Shown: in pieces, positions 22,050 through 33,499 of the stretch
How positions within the stretch are numbered: position 1 is the first letter of the stretch
Layout: each line of letters opens with the position of its first letter
NCBI GenBank assembly: GCA_051530055.1
Contig: CM121341.1
Location: 17,338,784 to 17,402,783, forward strand
Reading direction: 5' to 3'
From: Neoechinorhynchus agilis
Lineage: Eukaryota; Animalia; Acanthocephala
DNA: 64,000 bases
Notes under the pieces: model-generated
Databases searched by the model: none
The model's input: only the letters and a program-made list of their open reading frames with translations
Told to the model about the DNA's origin: nothing
Position numbers and translations under genes: made by a program

Positions 22050-25000
22050 ATAACAACAACAGGTTTTATTACTTCACAAAGGAGAAGAGGACCCATGTAC
22101 CTTTGGTCCTCATAAACACCCGAGTTCTGATTATATAAGAAATTGGCTATTGATTTTGGAATGGATTACGAGTCCGGGCGGGTGGGAATATCCGGTCGGG
22201 TTTGGTGGGAATTGGAGTTTATTGCTTGCAGGAGCGCTTATAAGGTTGGTCTTTCCTCAGAATCATTTCAGTTTATGATATCCGAGAAGATTGGGCAGCA
22301 TGGAAAAAGGAGTGTAGGTATAGGGAGGTGCAATGTCGAGGGAGGATGAAACGAATTAGGATTACGAGTGTTGTGCTCGTGTGAAAAGGGGCGATATGTG
22401 GAAGAATTGTGGTGGTAGAGTTGAGGGACGTTTTGTTTGTTTTATGAAAATAGTATCAAGGCATTGGGGTAGAGGGGGAAGGATGGGTTGCAGAAGACGA
22501 CATAACGGAAGGTGAGGGAGAGTAAAATATTGCAGAAGTAAAATTTGTAGAGATCGGGTGAAGGGATTCCTAAAAGTCGCAGACGCTTGAGGAAATAAAT
22601 TTTAAAGGTGTTTAGCTTGAGGGAGAGAGTAATGTGCGAGTAACATTTCAAGTTTGATTGGAATTGGAGACCCAGAATTCTTAAATAGGTTATTCGTAGG
22701 GTATCATTTAGAAGCTCTGGGGAGAATGTGGGGTTTGCCGGAGAATGAAGGGATCATTTCGAAGCATTTAGAGGTATTCAAGTGGACTTTGTGATTGTTG
22801 CAAAAATCGTTTATGTGTGTGATTTCGTTGGAGGTTAAAGAGAAGGAGAGGTGGGGTGGTGATTGAGTGATGAGGGTGAGATCGTCGGCATATAAGAAAA
22901 GTTTAGAGTGAGAGGAGAAAGGTTTGAGGTCATTTAGAAAAATATTAAAAAGAGGTGGTGAGAATACGGCACCTTGAGGTACTCCTTTGGTGAGGTATAG
23001 GCTGATTGAGGTAGAACGGCAGTGAATGTATTGTTTGCGATTGTGAAGATGAAATTCGAGCCAGCGGATCTGTCAAACGTTAAGACCAAAATCGAAGCAG
23101 GCCCGGGGAAGGAGTGAATGGTCGACGGAGTCGAATGCTTTCGATAAATCCAGTTGAATGAGACGGGTGACGTGGGAGGGATTATTGTCAAGGTTACGTA
23201 TTAGCGTGTCATAAATGCAAAGTAGGGCAACGGCTGCAGAAAATTTGGGCCGGTAGCCGAATTGAATGGATGAAATTTTTCGATTGAAAATCGGCAGAAG
23301 GTGTGCTTTAAAGCATCTCTCTAAGATTTTAAAGAAGGAAGGTAAGATAGAGACATGTCGAAAACTTGAAAGATATAAGTTTACCTGCTTTCGGGAGCAG
23401 AGTTGCCCGAGCTGTTTTAAGGCAATTAGGGAAGATTCCGGTCTTGAAACTTTGGTTGATTATATAAGTGGATCAATTTAATCTGGGATGATAAAGCGTA
23501 GAGCCCAGTTGGGAATGGGAGAGCTAGGGGAAGATTTGCGTGGTAGTTTCCGAAAAAGCATGAGAATATCATACGTGGAAATCATTGGAAGTGGAGCTGT
23601 AGAAACTGAGAACGGTTATGTAGATCTGGAAGGGGATCGGAGTTTGATAGGTTAGAGATTTTCTTCTTTCGATAACTACGGCGTTTTTCGTGTTTTTCCT
23701 GCCAGAGGTGAGTGGGAGAGGGGGCGAGTTTATGTGCAAGAAAGGTCGTGCGAGAATTGAGAATGTGATGAGCAAGAGATGTTTCAAAGCGGAGGAAATC
23801 AGGATTCTATGCGTGGTATGCATTATTCACCCTTATTTAAAGCATTTTCAACAAAGGGGGCATGCAAAGTGCGTCTTGGTTGGATCTGTAACCATGCAAG
23901 AAGAGAGTATATTAGTTGGAGGAAGCACAGCTTCCGAGGGGGTCGGGTGAATAGTAGATTTTCCCTTGCTACGATGAGGTGACGTGTCGTCAGCTTTATT
24001 CAATCACGCTATCAACAACGACCACAGAATCGCTTTTGAAAACGCGTGTACAAGGATGGCCGAGAGGAGCCTACAGAGCAGGTTGATAAAGGGGGTGACC
24101 GGACACGTTGAAGAGGAGCGGGGACAGAAAAGATTATTGCGCAGTGGTCCGAGGATAAGATTGTAGGTAGTTTTTTAGCATCCTTGTATTTGTGGATCTT
24201 AGTAAAGATTCTATCGAGATGTGAGGAGTGGCGGGTAGGAAATTTTGCTAACTGGACGAAGACAAGGAGAGATAGTGATGTAGGAAGATTATTGAAATCA
24301 CCAAGAATGATTCGATGTTCAAGACCAAGGGAGTGAAGATTTGCTATCAGTGCATCAATCTCCTGTGATGCCATTTGTAGATTGGTTAAGGGAGGACGAT
24401 AGATACCGATAATGGTTAAATTTCGGCTGCCTGAGCGAAGTTTGAGAGAGAGCGTTATGTAGATGTAGTCTAACTATGGTGATTGGTAAGGAGTTGAGGG
24501 GGAGAGGAAGTAAGAGAGGTCAAACCGAATGAAATTGGAGAATCCACCTCCTAAGCGTTCGCCTCTGTAAGAGTGGAAAGACGTGTAGCCAGGGATTAAG
24601 GCGATGTCGGAATCGGAGGAGTGCAGCCATGTTTCCACAATGACCAGAATGGCTGCGCTGGTGGTAGTGGCTAAAAGCGAAAGATGCTCTATTTTTGGTA
24701 ACAGACTTATGTTAGTGAAAAGAATGAAGGGAAATGGCTGTTTGAAAGATCTTGAAGGGGGATGTAGTTTTTAGGAGTTGGCTGGTGGAAGTCTTCGAGG
24801 GATAAGTTTCTGAGCGGTTTTTTAGTGAATGGTAATGTTTGATTCTGCCAACGTACAGTAGGGATTTTTGGAGGTGTTCAAAAATTTACATGTGAGTTCC
24901 GAGAATAGGTTTTGATTTGTAATAAGTTATTGGAAGGGGAGAGAAGACGGTTATGCATAGGCGAATGATGAATGGAATTCACCGCTTGAAGTGAGCGGTC

Positions 25001-25140
25001 TGGGTATATTCGGTATGGTTGGAAGGAATTGACTAGTAAGAAGCGCTTTTTAGGGAAGGAGAATGCGGTGTTTCGTAGATGGAAAGTGATTTTGAGTTGA
25101 CGAGAACGAGAGCGAAGGATTCGTGAAAGAGTTACGTCGA
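22050..25140 (-). mobile_element. Degenerate near-complete L2/CR1-type LINE (ORF1 end, APE, RT, 3' stem-loop, tail)
   Basis: ILFTNI..VETWL..GGG, GDFN..LDRIF..SDH, GVPQG-like segment, GAGGACC..GGTCCTC hairpin 22087-22111; ~62-bp direct repeats on both flanks. Confidence 0.9.
23968..24095 (+). repeat. 128-bp inverted copy of Penelope GIY-YIG segment 25975-26102 inside the LINE
   Basis: One mismatch relative to the reverse complement of 25975-26102. Confidence 0.9.
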
Positions 25141-25689
25141 AAGCGATGATTTTAAGCATTTCCAGATTGTTATGTTGCAATTCAGCCAGGTTTTAGTAAT
25201 ATCAAACGTCATAAGTTTTGCAGAAATTTAATTAATATGATTTCCGAATTCTATACATAACCTTTTTTGTTGAATAATTGCGAAGCTGATTAAAACTTCC
25301 CAGATCTCAACTAACCGTAGTTTCTATATTTTGAAACGTTTAGAGTTTTAGTCTTCTAGGTCTTTTACAGATTTAAAAGATGGCGACGAGTCAAACGTTC
25401 GGTATTATCGTACCACCAATCGAGGAATGCGCTCTCTGGTCAATGCAGCAGTTTTCCCGATCCAAATCCAACCATGTTCGACATTGCTCACGAAGGCCAC
25501 CCATATATAATCCCTTCAGTGATGAGTTTACTATTGATCGACTTGTCAACGAATGTATGGAAAATGCAAAAGATAACATTTTAAATAATTGTTAACCTCC
25601 ACCCTTTTTTTAAAATCTCGCATTTAATCGCGGCTCTAACGAATCAGGAAACAGAGGATACTGCTTCACTCAACCAAGTTTTGAAGACC

Positions 25690-26102
25690 CATCTTTTCTA
25701 TCCAATTATTCCTTCGAGTGGATATGTATTCTCAATGGCGAATTGTAACACACTCGCGTTTTATTGAAATCAATCTTGCGAATTTTCAAGGCATCAGCCT
25801 CCTTCTCAAGCATCTAAAAATGGATGTTGCAGCCTTGACTCGGGTGCGCGGGAATATCAATCCCCGAGGTGATGTTTCACTCCCGCTGCGCAAAAGACCC
25901 ATGGCGATTCCTCGTCGGAAGTATTAGAGAATGATTGCTCTTTTAGATCGTGTCCTCCATGTCAATGAGCAGTTCCCCCTTTATCAACCTGCTCTGTAGG
26001 CTCCTCTCGGCCATCCTTGTACACGCGTTTTCAAAAGCGATTCTGTGGTCGTTGTTGATAGCGTGATTGAATAAAGCTGACGACACGTCACCTCATTGTA
26101 GC
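25690..26102 (-). mobile_element. Penelope-like 3' end (family 4): GIY-YIG C-terminus, 3' UTR and U3-A8 hammerhead at 25777-25812
   Basis: SALFNHAINNDHRIAFENA...RLIK; TGC-TTGAGAA-G-GAGGC-TGAT-GCCTT-GAA-AATT-C-GCA. Confidence 0.85.
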
Positions 26103-26122
26103 GGATACTCATCTTGCTAGAT

Positions 26123-26575
26123 TCGTAATATTTCGCGAGATATCCTCGCCTCTTCAGTCATCTAAAAATAGGTTTTCCATATTACGATTTTTGCTCGAGT
26201 GCGCGGGATCGCCAAACCCGAAGTTCAGGGACCAATTATCCGCTCGAACCCCCTCAAATCATCACGCGCTGATTTTAATGGCACCTACTTCCTGGAAAAA
26301 GAACAAATCTTAAAAAGACGCCTGGTTTTAGAGGCTTTACACGTCGCTGCGTCAAACACAATGGAGAGAAATAAAGCTAATTTTAGCTTGAAACTTCCAG
26401 CCAGCGACGTGATAAAAATCAATATAAAAAATCAATGGAAAAACAAAAAACGAAGGGGATAATTGGTCCCTGAACTACGGGATTGGCGATCCCGCGCACT
26501 CGAGCAAAAATCGTAATATGAAAAACCTATTTTTAGATGACTGAAGAGGTGAGGATACCTCGAGAAATATTTCGA
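26123..26575. mobile_element. 5'-truncated Penelope-like insertion (family 1) with inverted pLTR; hammerhead motifs at 26123-26161 (-) and 26537-26575 (+)
   Basis: Arms 26127-26241 and 26457-26571; KRRLVLEALHV GIY-YIG tail between them. Confidence 0.85.
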
Positions 26576-27420
26576 ATAAATAAAATATGTAATGACCGGG
26601 ATTATTCTCACCGAAATTATAATTTTATTATCCCGAAGGACTTTCTATCGATGGTTCTTCCTTAATGTAGCTCTTGTCAGCGTGGGGTCAACGTTGATAA
26701 TGGTACAACAATATTGTTGTGCCTATTAAAGCTAATAATTAACTTACACCACTTTTACAGGCATTTATGAATTTTACTGAGGATTACATTCGGGTGGTTG
26801 AAGATATTGTTTTTTAGGTCGTTTGTCGACACCCGAGAGAGATCATTAAAAACGAATGTATATATTGACCGGTTTAATCAGTCATTATCAATTCAATCTA
26901 AAAAATTTCATATGAATTTGTCATAAACACACGAAATGATTGTTTTTGTTTTGACTTTGTAATCCTGTTCAATTGAGGGAAAAAATTCATGCAAACAATC
27001 ATGTCGTGTGTTTGTGACAAATTCATATGAAATTTTTTAGATTTGAATAGATAATGACTGATTCAATCAGTCGATATATACATTCGTCTTTAATGATTTC
27101 TCTCGGGTGTCGACAAACGACCTAAAAAACAATATCTTCAACCACCCGAATGTAATCCTCAGTAAAATTCATAAATGCCTGTAAAAGTGGTGTAAGTTAA
27201 TTATTAGCTTTAATAGGCACAACAATATTGTTGTACCATTATCAACGTTGACCCCACGCTGACAAGAGCTACATTAAGGAAGAACCATCGATAGAAAGTC
27301 CTTCGGGATAATAAAATTATAATTTCGGTGAGAATAATCCCGGTCATTACATATTTTATTTATTCGAAATATTTCTCGAATAAATAAAATATGTAATGAC
27401 CGGGATTATTCTCACCGAAA
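26561..27420. repeat. Long nested inverted repeat (~385-bp arms) plus terminal palindrome centred near 27373
   Basis: 26561-26820 is identical to the reverse complement of 27119-27378; inner ~125 bp arms have about 10 mismatches. Confidence 0.9.
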
Positions 27421-29884
27421 GTGTAATTAAGGAAGAAGTTCGGCGAATGCTCTCTGAGGGAATAATAGTTCCTAGCCAGTACCTTGGCGGGCTCAAGTGC
27501 TGGTTGTCCGGAATAAAGCCGGAAAGCCTCAAATGGTAATCGATTACGCGTCCACCATCAACAGATACACTGAGCTTGATGCTTACCCCCTTCCCAAAAT
27601 TGAGGATCTGGCCAGAGAATTAGCCCAATACATGTATTACACCGCTATCGATCTTCGACATACAACGGGGCAATGCTGCCAGCGTGATGGCGACGGTCGA
27701 GGAAGGACAAAAGCTGGAATTTGGTGGGAGGTGGTGAATGTAAAGAAAAGTTGATAAAAGACACCTGAAATATCAAAATATTCGGTAAAGCTTATAAATT
27801 CGTGATCCTTTGATTTAAAAAATTAAACGAATTAAAAAAAAATTTCCTACAAAAACAAACAAACCACCAAATACCCATAAACAGATTAGATGGGGTTTAT
27901 ACCGCTTTTGAAGCAGGTGGGGACCTTTACGAATTTACCCGGATCCCATTTGGAGTTACAAACGGGGTAGCCGTGTTTCAAAGAGTGATGGACTCGATCA
28001 TAGCAAATAATTCGCTGAACGGTACGTACGCCTATCTGGACAACAATACTATTTGCGGATCAACAATCTAAGAACATGATATTAATTTAGAGAAGTTCGA
28101 AACAGTCGCGAGGGACCTAAGGTTGAAATTTAATGAGGGCAAATGCGTCTTCAGAACGAACCAATTAGCGATGCTTGCAAAGGAGGCGTTCGAGTCTATC
28201 AAGCAGGAAATCGGAAAAGCGGCTCTAAGCTCTGTTAACCCTTCAGGTCTATTAGTGCTGGAGACAGATGAATCGGAGGTAGCCATAGCTGCAACACTCA
28301 GTCAGGAGGGCAAACCTGTGGCGTTTTTCTCCCGAACCTTGTCACCCTCGGAACGGAAGCACCCTGCAATTGGAAAGGAAGCACAGGCGATCGTAGAGAG
28401 CGTACGAAAATGGCGACACTGCCTGCTTTTCAGATCGTTTGTGATTGTAACCGATCAACAGTCCGTATCACTTATGTTCAGCAAACACCACAACAGCAAA
28501 ATCAAGAACGACAAGATTCAGCGATGGAGGATCGAACTGTCGTGCTTCAAGTTTGAAATCAAATATCGGCCTGGTCGGCTACATGTGAGTGCAGATGCCT
28601 TCTCCCGATTGGAATGTAACCCCACCAATTCCATTGACCTGAAGACAATACACGAAGACTTGGCTCATCCCAAACCAAAAACTTGCCGTACTCCACAAAT
28701 GACGTACGACGGGTTTGTGAATGATGCTCGATATGTGCCGAGTTCAAACCACGATTCTACAGACCTCCGGATTTGCACGTGATCAAAGCTACTAGGCCTT
28801 TTGAAAGGATAGTAGTCGATTTTAAAGGTCCTTTACCGAGCTCCTCGATCAACAAGTACATATTTCTCGTGGTGGACGAATATTGCGTGTAAGGACACTT
28901 ATAGTCGGACGGTTAGATCGTGCTTGGAGCAAGTATTCTGCCTGTTCGGGCTTCCCGAATACCTCCACCGTGATAATGGAAGCTGTTTTCGATCGGAGGA
29001 GAACAGATCTTTCCTGTCTAACTTGGGAGTTCCGACTAGTCACTCCAGTCCGTATAATCCGCGGGGCAACGGACAATGCGAGCGATATGTCTGGATACTG
29101 TGGCAAAACATTCGAATGCTTCTCAAGTCGAAATTGCTACCTATATCCGCATGGGAAACTGTGTTGCCCATGGTTCTCCATGCGATCAGGTCACTCCTCT
29201 GCACATCGACAAACTCCACTCCTCACGAACGTTTGTTCGCCTTCCCTCGGCAATCAAGATACTCTAATTCACTGCCACCTTGGCTCTGCAATCCTGGTCC
29301 GGTGTGGCATAGAAAGGGGCCCACCAATAGCAAATATGACGATCAGATGGAAAAAGTGGATTTATTGAGTTCTAATCCAGGACACTCAACCATACAGTTT
29401 GATGATGGGCGCAGAAGCGTGGTATCGACCACGGAGTTTGCCCAATACCCAGCGGTGAATACAATCCTCTTCAAGAGTACCGATCGTTGGAAGAGCACGA
29501 CGATGGCGAGATACATACAGACGATTCAGAAGGAGCCGCGACACCTGAGCAAAACGAAGTAGAAAGTTCCGACGATGCACAGCAACAAATGTCGATCCTC
29601 CCAACCGTTCGAAAGTCCACTCGAATTCGAAACCCTCTGCCTTAATTTAAAAATTATGAACGAGGGAGAATGTGATGGCGAATGTGACGAGGACAGTGCG
29701 CATTTCACATATACTGATCGTGTGTATGGACATGTACGTGCACGCGTCCATTTGCTAGATTGTTAGTTCGCGGTTTTTTGTTGAATAAACGCCTAACTAC
29801 AGAACACCGTCTTTATCTCCGCCTTTCTGCTCAGCAGCTTACGTACTCAATATCGACCCTATCTTTTGCTTCTCAAACGTAACA
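27421..29884 (+). mobile_element. 5'-truncated degenerate Ty3/Gypsy element (RT-RNase H-integrase, PPT, 3' LTR 29671-29884)
   Basis: PWRAQVLVV, DAYPLP, PFGVTNG, YLDN, LETDES, RGNGQCER; PPT GAGGGAGAA before TGTGA...TAACA. Confidence 0.92.
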
Positions 29885-30016
29885 CGATTCCTCGTTGGGT
29901 GTAGTATACTTAGGGAGCGATGCATCGTTTCAAACAAGCTTTCATTTAATGTTTTTCTCCATATATAGACGAGCTTTCTTGGGCTAACATTTATACACAC
30001 TTTTAAGAAATACAAA

Positions 30017-30199
30017 ATGGTCCTTTACACTTGCTTACTTTTGTTTCTTGCCTTTGTGCTTCCACCGGTCGCAGTGTTTCTAAAGGAAGAAGGATGTACG
30101 GGACACGTTTGGCTCAATATACTTCTTACTCTGCTTGCCTATGTGCCAGGACTCATTCATGCCCTTTACGTCGTCTTATTTCATGATCCCAAATGTTGA
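30017..30199 (+). CDS. Pmp3/RCI2/YqaE (UPF0057) small membrane proteolipid, 60 aa
   Basis: LAFVLPPVAVFL..GC..VWLNILLTLLAYVPGLIHALYVV family signature. Confidence 0.92.
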   Translation: MVLYTCLLLFLAFVLPPVAVFLKEEGCTGHVWLNILLTLLAYVPGLIHALYVVLFHDPKC

Positions 30200-30544
30200 T
30201 TTGAATGAAAAAGGAATAAAATCTCGATTATAGTGCAGTGGGGCTTGGTTGTCGCGAAACGTTGAACAAAAGGTGTTCATAATCACAAAAGAAAATCTAA
30301 AAACTACTCACATTCAACGTTTAGAAATAATACAGCGACAAAAAAGGCTTGTTAAATATATCAGTCAAATTTTACATCGGTATCTGATTGATTTATTCAG
30401 CATCTATCATATCAATGAAGGTAACAGAACGTCGCACAATGATTGATCATCAGTCAATAAAGTCTACAATTTCTTTTATTTCGCAAGTCAGGTGATCGAT
30501 CCTTTTAATACCGTCATTTTTTGAAAGAACAAGCTCATGGCAAG

Positions 30545-31250
30545 GCAATTTGATCGTACGTTTTGAACCTCCTTGGGTTCATCATCAGTTCTAAAATACA
30601 AGTGGCTAAATGTCCATTCTGCTCTCACACGCGCTTATGGTTGATTTTGTTGTTCCATTTTTTAGCTATGAAACCGAGTTTGTAACCTCATTGGTCTTTC
30701 ATGTTCGGTTTCTGTTCTTTGATTAAGAAGGCTTCCTTAATTAAACGGCGAAAGTTATTGTGTTCCCTTGCTAAAACCACGGTTTGGTCGTAATTGACCA
30801 CTGGCAAGTTTGCACCTCGTTCAACGCGATATTCGACGATACCACCTTCTTGGTCTTAGACCGTTTATATTCCGCCAATCTCATCTTCAGATTCTGGCCT
30901 GTTTACCGGATGTAATAGCTGTTTCAGTGGCTACAAGAAACTTTGTAGGCAACAGCCCCTCTTTTACCTCCTGTAATTTCCGGAAAACGAGGTTTCCTAT
31001 CAGCACTGAAGGTTGAAAATAAAATTTGCATCTTATCGGCAGGATGCTGTTCTTAATTATCCTTGAGATTTTATTTCGCCAACAGTTGGTTTGTGGGCCT
31101 ATGTCAGCCACTCCAGTGCGCAGGTCTATTCGATTAGGGCCCATGACTGTTTATTTTAACTGGATGTTCCTAGCATCGTTTAGTTTTAGGACTAACAACG
31201 ATGACAAAGCTCTTCCATTTTCCAATTTATATAAATGAAATAACCGGTTC
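30545..31250 (-). mobile_element. Degenerate Penelope-like 3' end (family 3) with hammerhead motif 30555-30590
   Basis: VAYKVSCSH*NSYYI..T..NLKMRL, RRLIKEAFLI; CTGATGA-T-GAACC-caagga-GGTTC-AAA-ACGT (G12 mutated). Confidence 0.8.
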
Positions 31251-31632
31251 GGGAGTGCGACACAAGAAGGAAAAGGCTTTCAATCTGCTTACATGCGAAG
31301 GATAAATTGTGGAACAGTCTAACTATCTTGCTTGGATCCCAATTTTCGATGCCAAAATTGCATTGTCAGTATACATTAGAGTTCATGTTTTCTTAGTCGA
31401 GAGTTAAAGTCCAATGACAACACGATCTTCTAATTTCTGTCCTTGAAAACTAAATTTAGCTTACGCATCAGGAGTAACGCTTGGTACTTTTTGATTACTT
31501 GGCGTTGTCTAAATATATCGAAACAAATATTATGACCTTAATCTTTTTGGTGATATTTGCACCGAACAAAATTTACTTGCACTGTTTATGCGATAAACAA
31601 TTTCATCCAGAAGGATAGACAGCAACACTTAT

Positions 31633-31875
31633 TTATAGAGCGGGCCCACTCATTTGTCTCAGATGACGAATTATGTATTGAAATTGGTTGAAATCAACTC
31701 CACCTCCTATACCACGGCCTACCAAATGGAATAGTTCGTACACCTTTCGCGGGTGAACATTTTGTGCTATTCCTAGTCTATGTAAGCCTGTCATTAGCTC
31801 CTCGATCATGAGATAGCCATCTCCATTTCTGTCCAGATATTGGAACAGCATTTTAAGCATAAAAAGTGAGAGCAT
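31633..31875 (-). CDS. 80-aa EF-hand calcium-binding protein (paralog 2)
   Basis: DRNGDGYLMIEE loop; paralog of 10871-11113. Confidence 0.85.
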   Translation of the reverse strand: MLSLFMLKMLFQYLDRNGDGYLMIEELMTGLHRLGIAQNVHPRKVYELFHLVGRGIGGGVDFNQFQYIIRHLRQMSGPAL

Positions 31876-33499
31876 TTTTCTAAGTGAAAAGACGTTTTGG
31901 TGTGATTAAGCCAGATATACTTGCAAGTTTTACTTCCTTGTTGTGAGTCACTGCATGTAATCATCTTCTCACTTTGTATGGTCGACTTATGAACCCAAAA
32001 TAAAAGTGGAATTCAGCGACCAATACTTCTACGAGTCGCAAATGCTTCGTTTTCCGTCATTTCCTTTGTAAAATCCAATTGGCTATGATCATCACCATCT
32101 CTTTCTGGTGTCCAGCCGCCTTAGTCGCATATATATATATCCGAAATGTTTAAATACGAGTAGAACATTGTTACTATGAGACGATGTAAGAAAATATCAA
32201 TATGTTCTTTAAAGAATTTCTCACTATCCGAAGGTGACGCTATGCCTTATTAATATAATTCTAATAAGTTCTGGATTGCTTCAATAACTACGATCAATAA
32301 TAGTCCATAATACAATATAGAATAAAGCACCAGAATGTGATTAATAGAAATCAAGCAAACGGAATTCAACAATTTCTGCAGCTCACTAGAAAGGATCAGA
32401 AAATTTTAAACAACAAGTGTTTTAATAATATGTCATTTATACCATTCCTCGCTTTTTGCACAGCATGATAGGGGATAGTGCAGCAAAGTGAAGGTTTGAC
32501 ATGAGATATAAATAATCACTTTAATATGAAGCACGGGAGTAATCTGCGTGATCAGATCTTACTTTCTTGGAAGATTTTGAAACGTGAAGTACCTTGATTA
32601 TCATGCGTTTTTCCAATTGGTCTGAGTTTAAGATTTTTCTAAAAAACTCGAAATGATCTTTAAAACTCGCATATTTCTAGAAACAACGATATTTTGACGA
32701 GATTATCAAGAGTTTTTCCAATTGGTCGTTTGTTCATATCTATCTCCAAAAACCTAGGAATGATCTTTTACACTCGCAGCTTTATAGAAGCAACAGTATA
32801 AGGTCAACAAAGCATAATACCCTTACACTACAAGTAGAAAAATTTAAGTGGTTTATCCAGCGTTGCTGCCAGTTCCACAATGTTATAATTTGTTATATTG
32901 TCCTTAAGCGTTGCCTTGGCAATATATGACTATCCAATGAAGAATATTCATATACTATTCATGATTTTATTAGCCTTTACTGCTTGCCACATTATATTCA
33001 ACGCCGCTCATTTTTCATCGACTAGAAGCAAATCTAATCTTAGAAGCTATAGTAAACGGCATAGAAGCATCCATATGCCAAACTACATTTTTGATCCACT
33101 TTTATTTGTAAAGAAATACACGTATTTTGAATAACTTGACTAATTTAAATTAATAGGATAACGACTATTATCAAAAAGTGTGTTACAGCTTCTTCAGTTT
33201 TTTCGGCCTTCGAAATAATTATTCAGAATTTAATATTGTGAGTATTTAGAATTTCTGGATTCAAATGGTTATGGCGAAGGATTTTCTAATGATTGAAAGT
33301 GCCCGAAAAAATCCGTTCATTTAATTTCATAATACTTCTATAAAATTAAATCATTCAAGAACGATATTCTAAATTTGCACAATGGGGAGAAACGACAGGT
33401 TCACTAAAACCTTCTTTCGACTTTTGAACTGCCCTTCGTTCTTTTGAAGGGTTGTATTGATTGAAATTCTGATAAAGAATAATTTGGGCGAATTAACAA

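Noticed and set aside
25380-25595. 71-aa ORF MATSQTFG... as a gene
   Set aside because: Plausible start context but no recognisable family, splice evidence or paralog
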